Shown here one piece after another: positions 55,844-59,958 of a stretch of DNA of 59,958 nt. Within the stretch, counting starts at the first letter, position 1, and each line of letters begins with the position of its first letter. The notes beneath the pieces are model-generated. The model had not been told where the DNA came from and searched no databases. It saw only the letters and a list, made by a program, of their open reading frames with translations. The translations under genes and the position numbers were made by a program. This DNA is from Chloroflexota bacterium (GTDB taxonomy: Bacteria; Chloroflexota; UBA11872): contig JAPPKM010000129.1 of NCBI GenBank assembly GCA_028874315.1, positions 1 to 59,958 on the forward strand, read 5' to 3'.

Positions 55844-57409
55844 TTGAACGTGGCGCCCTTCGCACCAGACACTGGCGCCGCCCACGAGACCATCGTCGTC
55901 CTGGACTTCGGCGCCCAGTACAGCCAGCTCATCGCCCGTCGCGTCCGCGAACTCGGTGTCCGCACCGTCCTCGCCCCCTGCGACGAGCCGGAAGCGTTGC
56001 GCGTGTCCAATCTGCGCGGCGTCATTCTGTCCGGCGGCCCAACCAGCGTGTATGACCAGGGGGCCCCGCAGCTTCCACCGGCGGTGCTCACGGCTGGCGT
56101 CCCGGTCCTGGGCATCTGTTACGGCATGCAGCTGTTGGGCCACAGCCTCGGCGGCTCGGTCGAACCGGCGGACGACCGGGAGTACGGACCAGCGCTCGCA
56201 CACATATCGGGTAACGACCATGCGCTCTTTCGCGGCGTGCCGAACGAGATCGACGTGTGGATGAGTCACGGCGACGTCGTCGCGGACGTGCCGCCCGGCT
56301 TCCGAGCGCTCGCACGCACGCAATCCTCGGTCGCCGCAATGGGCAACGACAACGGCGTGGTGGCCGTCCAGTTCCACCCCGAAGTCCGTCACACCGCCCA
56401 CGGCCAGCGGCTCCTGCGCAACTTCGCCGTCGACATGTGCGGCTGCCGTGGCGACTGGATCTCGTCCTCGATCATTGATGAGCGCACCGAGCAAATCCGC
56501 CGACAGGTAGGCGACGGGCACGTGATCTGCGGCCTCAGCGGCGGCGTCGACAGCGCCGTCACCGCTGCCCTCGTCTCTCGTGCTGTCGGCGACCGGCTCA
56601 CCGCCATCCTCATCGACACCGGCCTCCTGCGAGCCGGCGAAGCGACCGAAGTGGAAAAGACCTTCGGAGAAGGCTTCGACCTGCAACTCGTCATCGTCGA
56701 CGCTGCGGACGAGTTCCTCGGCGCCCTCCGCGGCGTCACCGACCCCGAGGCCAAGCGCCGGATCATCGGCGAACGCTTCGTCCGCGTCTTTGAACGCGAA
56801 GCCGCCCGCATCGCCAACGCCGATTTCCTGGCCCAGGGCACCATCTATCCCGACGTCATCGAAAGCGGCGGCGTCCACGGCTCCGCCGCCGTCATCAAGA
56901 GCCACCACAACGTCGGCGGACTGCCTGACGACCTGGAATTCGAACTCGTCGAACCGCTTCGCGACCTGTTCAAGGACGAAGTCCGCACGCTCGGATCTCA
57001 GCTTGGACTCCCGGATGCCCTCGTTTGGCGCCAACCCTTCCCGGGCCCCGGACTGGCAGTCCGCATCGTCGGCGAAGTCACCGCCCCCAAGGTGGCCCTG
57101 CTTCAGCAGGCCGACGCCATCCTGCGCGCCGAGATCGCGGAAGCCGGCCTCGAACGCCAGCTCTCCCAGTTCTTTGCCGTCCTCCCCGGCGTCCGAACCG
57201 TCGGCGTCATGGGCGACGGTCGCTCTTACGGCGAGCTGATCGCCTTGCGCGCGGTCACCACCGACGACTTCATGACAGCCGACTGGGCCCGCATCCCCGA
57301 CGAAGTCTTGGCCCGCATCTCCGCCCGGATCGTCAACGAAGTCCCCAACGCCACCCGCGTCGTCTACGACGTGACCTCCAAGCCCCCGGGAACGATCGAA
57401 TGGGAATGA
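55844..57409 (+). CDS. guaA: GMP synthase (glutamine-hydrolysing)
   Basis: [72 protein letters not shown]. Start uncertain (55844/55850). Confidence 0.96.
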   Translation: MNVAPFAPDTGAAHETIVVLDFGAQYSQLIARRVRELGVRTVLAPCDEPEALRVSNLRGVILSGGPTSVYDQGAPQLPPAVLTAGVPVLGICYGMQLLGHSLGGSVEPADDREYGPALAHISGNDHALFRGVPNEIDVWMSHGDVVADVPPGFRALARTQSSVAAMGNDNGVVAVQFHPEVRHTAHGQRLLRNFAVDMCGCRGDWISSSIIDERTEQIRRQVGDGHVICGLSGGVDSAVTAALVSRAVGDRLTAILIDTGLLRAGEATEVEKTFGEGFDLQLVIVDAADEFLGALRGVTDPEAKRRIIGERFVRVFEREAARIANADFLAQGTIYPDVIESGGVHGSAAVIKSHHNVGGLPDDLEFELVEPLRDLFKDEVRTLGSQLGLPDALVWRQPFPGPGLAVRIVGEVTAPKVALLQQADAILRAEIAEAGLERQLSQFFAVLPGVRTVGVMGDGRSYGELIALRAVTTDDFMTADWARIPDEVLARISARIVNEVPNATRVVYDVTSKPPGTIEWE

Positions 57410-58701
57410 AGATCCTTGTCATCGGGAGCGGCGGTCGCGAGCACGCCCTCTGCTGGCGCGTCCTGGCGGATCGGCCGGATGCCGACCTCTACTGCGCGCC
57501 CGGAAGCTCCCTAATCTCCCGGATCGCGTCGCTGGTTCCCCTCGCCGCCGACGACATATCCGGCCTGGTCGACTGGGCCGCAGGCAACCGTCCTGACCTC
57601 GTGATCGTCGGACCGGAGGACCCTTGCGCCCTGGGGTTGACTGATCGACTGGCCGAATCCGGTATCCGTGCTTTCGGACCGAGTGCTGCCGCAACTCGGC
57701 TGGAGTCGAGCAAAGCCTGGACGACGGAACTTCTCGACCGGGCCGGCGTCCCGATTCCGGACTCCGCCGTCTTTGACTCGCCGGCGGACGCCCACGCATA
57801 CGTTGAAGACTGCATTGACCCACTTGTGGTCAAGGCCGATGGCCTGGCGCTCGGCAAGGGCGTCCTCGTCTGCGACACGCCCGACGATGCCCACGCCGCC
57901 ATTGACGCCATTATGGTCGAGCGCGCGTTCGGCGACGCCGGCTCATCCGTCGTCATTCAGGAACGCTGCTACGGCCCCGAGCTCTCCGTCTTCGCCATCT
58001 GTGCAGGCGCCGGCTTCCGCATCATCGGCTCCGCCCGCGACTACAAGCGTGCCCACGACGGCGACCTCGGCCTCAACACCGGTGGCGTCGGCGCCTATTC
58101 GCCGGTCGCCGACGCCGACGCGGATCTCCTTCACGATGTCGCCGATCGCATCATCGGACCGACCCTGCGAGCCGCTGCCGATGCCGGCCATCCATTCACG
58201 GGAGTGCTCTATGCCGGCCTCATGCTCACCGCGGACGGCCCCGTCGTGATCGAGTTCAACATCCGCTTCGGCGACCCGGAGGCTCAGGTCATCCTCCCCA
58301 CCATGCGCGGCGACCTTGTCGCCGCCATGCTGGCCGCCATCGACGGCGACGTCACCACCGTGGACCTTGAGCCCGATGGCACCGCCGCGGTCTGCGTCGT
58401 TCTCGCGTCGGGTGGCTATCCGGGTTCGTACATCACTGGACGCACAATCGACGGCCTCGACGCGCTGCCGCCCGGTTCGCTCGCATTTCACGCGGGCACA
58501 GAGATGCGCGACGACGGTCTGTACACCGCGGGCGGCCGAGTTCTTGGAATCGTTGGCACAGGGCCGGACGTTCCGGCAGCGAGGGCAAATGCGTATGCGG
58601 CAGTCGACAAAGTGACCTTTCAGGATTGCCAGTGGCGACGCGACATCGCCGAGGCCGAACAAGTGCTGCCCAGCCAGCCACAACCGGTCGTGCCTGCATG
58701 A
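57406..58701 (+). CDS. purD: Phosphoribosylamine--glycine ligase
   Basis: Real start [15 protein letters not shown] overlaps the guaA stop (ATGA); [39 protein letters not shown]. Confidence 0.96.
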   Translation: MKILVIGSGGREHALCWRVLADRPDADLYCAPGSSLISRIASLVPLAADDISGLVDWAAGNRPDLVIVGPEDPCALGLTDRLAESGIRAFGPSAAATRLESSKAWTTELLDRAGVPIPDSAVFDSPADAHAYVEDCIDPLVVKADGLALGKGVLVCDTPDDAHAAIDAIMVERAFGDAGSSVVIQERCYGPELSVFAICAGAGFRIIGSARDYKRAHDGDLGLNTGGVGAYSPVADADADLLHDVADRIIGPTLRAAADAGHPFTGVLYAGLMLTADGPVVIEFNIRFGDPEAQVILPTMRGDLVAAMLAAIDGDVTTVDLEPDGTAAVCVVLASGGYPGSYITGRTIDGLDALPPGSLAFHAGTEMRDDGLYTAGGRVLGIVGTGPDVPAARANAYAAVDKVTFQDCQWRRDIAEAEQVLPSQPQPVVPA

Positions 58702-59958
58702 TTCCCCGCTACTCCCGACCCGAGATGGCCGCCGTCTGGGACCGGCAGGTCTACTTCGAAAAGCAGCGCGACGTTGAGCTCGCGGCCGTCAACGCCTGGG
58801 CCCGTGCCGGCCAAATCCCGGCCGAAGACGCCCAGATGCTGATGAAGGCCTCATTCACGCTCGACCGCATCGACGAACTGGAGAAGGTCAACGACCACGA
58901 GACCAACGCCTTCGTCGACGCCCTCGCTGAGTCCGTCGGCCCCGAATCCCGCTGGCTCCACCTCGGCCTCACCTCCAGCGATGTGCTGGATACCGGTCTG
59001 GCCCTGCAACTCGTCGACGCCACCGACCTTCTCGATGAGCGTCTCGCCACCCTTGAGCAGGTCCTCACCGACCAGGCGCTCACGCACAAGCACACGCTCA
59101 TGATCGGCCGCAGCCACGGCGTCCACGCCGAGCCCATTACCTTCGGCCTCAAGCTCCTCATCTGGCTCGGCGAAGTCCGGCGCCACCGCGCGCGCCTGGC
59201 CGAAGCGCGTGAGCACATCGCCGTCGGCAAAATCTCCGGCTCCGTTGGCACCCACGCCAACGTCCCGCCGGATGTCGAGGACTGGACCTGCGAAGAGCTC
59301 GGCCTGTCCGTCGCGCCCGTATCCAACCAGATCGTGCAGCGCGACCGCCATGCACACTTCGTCTGCACGCTGGCCCTCATCGCCAGCTCGCTCGACAAGT
59401 TCGCCACCGAACTCCGCTCGCTCCAGCGAACGGAGATTCGCGAGGCCGAAGAGCCGTTCGAGATCGGCCGCCACGGCTCCTCCTCCATGCCCCACAAGCG
59501 CAATCCCTCGCGCCTGGAGCGCGTCTCCGGGCTCGCCCGCCTCCTGCGCTCCCACGCGCAGGTCGCGCTCGAGAACGTCACGCTCTGGCACGAGCGCGAC
59601 ATCAGCCACTCCTCGGCCGAGCGCATCATCCTTCCCGACGCCTGCATCGCCCTCGACTACATGCTCTATATCTTCATCCCCATCGCGCGCGACATGCGGG
59701 TCTACGTCGAACGCATGGCGGCCAACGTGGACCTTACCGGTGGGTTGATCTACTCCCAGGGCGTCATGCTCGCCTTGATCCACGCCGGCATGTCCCGGCA
59801 GGACGCCTACGAAGTCATGCAGGAACACGCCACCGCTTCCTGGGAAGGCGGCGCCAGCTTCCAGGACGCCGTGCGCGCCGACGCGCGCGTCGCGGCTCTG
59901 CTGAGCACCGAACAACTTGACGCCGCGTTCAGTCCCGCGCCCCATCTGCGCTGGCTCG
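58698..59958 (+). CDS. purB: Adenylosuccinate lyase (3' truncated by window end)
   Basis: ATGA overlap with purD; [10 protein letters not shown]..., LHLGLTSSDVLDT, GRSHGVHAEP, GKISGSVG, GSSSMPHKRNP, LWHERDISHSSAER. Absent from the ORF track because no stop lies in the window. Confidence 0.95.
   Translation, partial: MIPRYSRPEMAAVWDRQVYFEKQRDVELAAVNAWARAGQIPAEDAQMLMKASFTLDRIDELEKVNDHETNAFVDALAESVGPESRWLHLGLTSSDVLDTGLALQLVDATDLLDERLATLEQVLTDQALTHKHTLMIGRSHGVHAEPITFGLKLLIWLGEVRRHRARLAEAREHIAVGKISGSVGTHANVPPDVEDWTCEELGLSVAPVSNQIVQRDRHAHFVCTLALIASSLDKFATELRSLQRTEIREAEEPFEIGRHGSSSMPHKRNPSRLERVSGLARLLRSHAQVALENVTLWHERDISHSSAERIILPDACIALDYMLYIFIPIARDMRVYVERMAANVDLTGGLIYSQGVMLALIHAGMSRQDAYEVMQEHATASWEGGASFQDAVRADARVAALLSTEQLDAAFSPAPHLRWL

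Noticed and set aside
57025-57405. 127-aa Arg-rich N-terminal extension of PurD
   Set aside because: It overlaps guaA out of frame; the canonical start MKILVIG at 57406 has an ATGA overlap.

Overview
High-GC bacterial chromosomal window, probably from a monoderm Chloroflexota-type organism. This is inferred from the Tat/lipobox protein with a V-E-K-P linker, lipoprotein cytochromes c, the MreB N-terminus and the YYY/DUF2298-like proteins. Over half of the window is 11 diverged paralogs (P1-P11) of one ~930-1010 aa polytopic membrane protein. They form two convergent tandem arrays: six on + (4827-23141) and five on - (30470-45268). The proteins carry invariant motifs suggestive of GT-C-fold lipid-donor glycosyltransferases related to Chlor_Arch_YYY/DUF2298 and the AglB/STT3 core. 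They show mosaic module relationships, two C-terminal subtypes and one copy frameshifted in a G run. The first array is flanked by an AsnB-type amidotransferase and an NAD-dependent sugar epimerase. Between the arrays lie tRNA-Thr(TGT), two duplicated lipoprotein cytochromes c (each with a TGTGA-N6-TCACA Rex/Crp-Fnr-like palindrome), acs and a DUF3604 protein. The left end has a partial lipoprotein gene, tRNA-Thr(GGT), bcp and an SDR. The right end is housekeeping: NUDIX, PHP, lon, mreBCD, mrdA, rodA, thrB, a candidate pseudoknotted leader RNA, guaA, purD and partial purB. No CRISPR array, integrase, transposase or reverse transcriptase was seen. Family assignments come from motif recognition by eye, not from searches.
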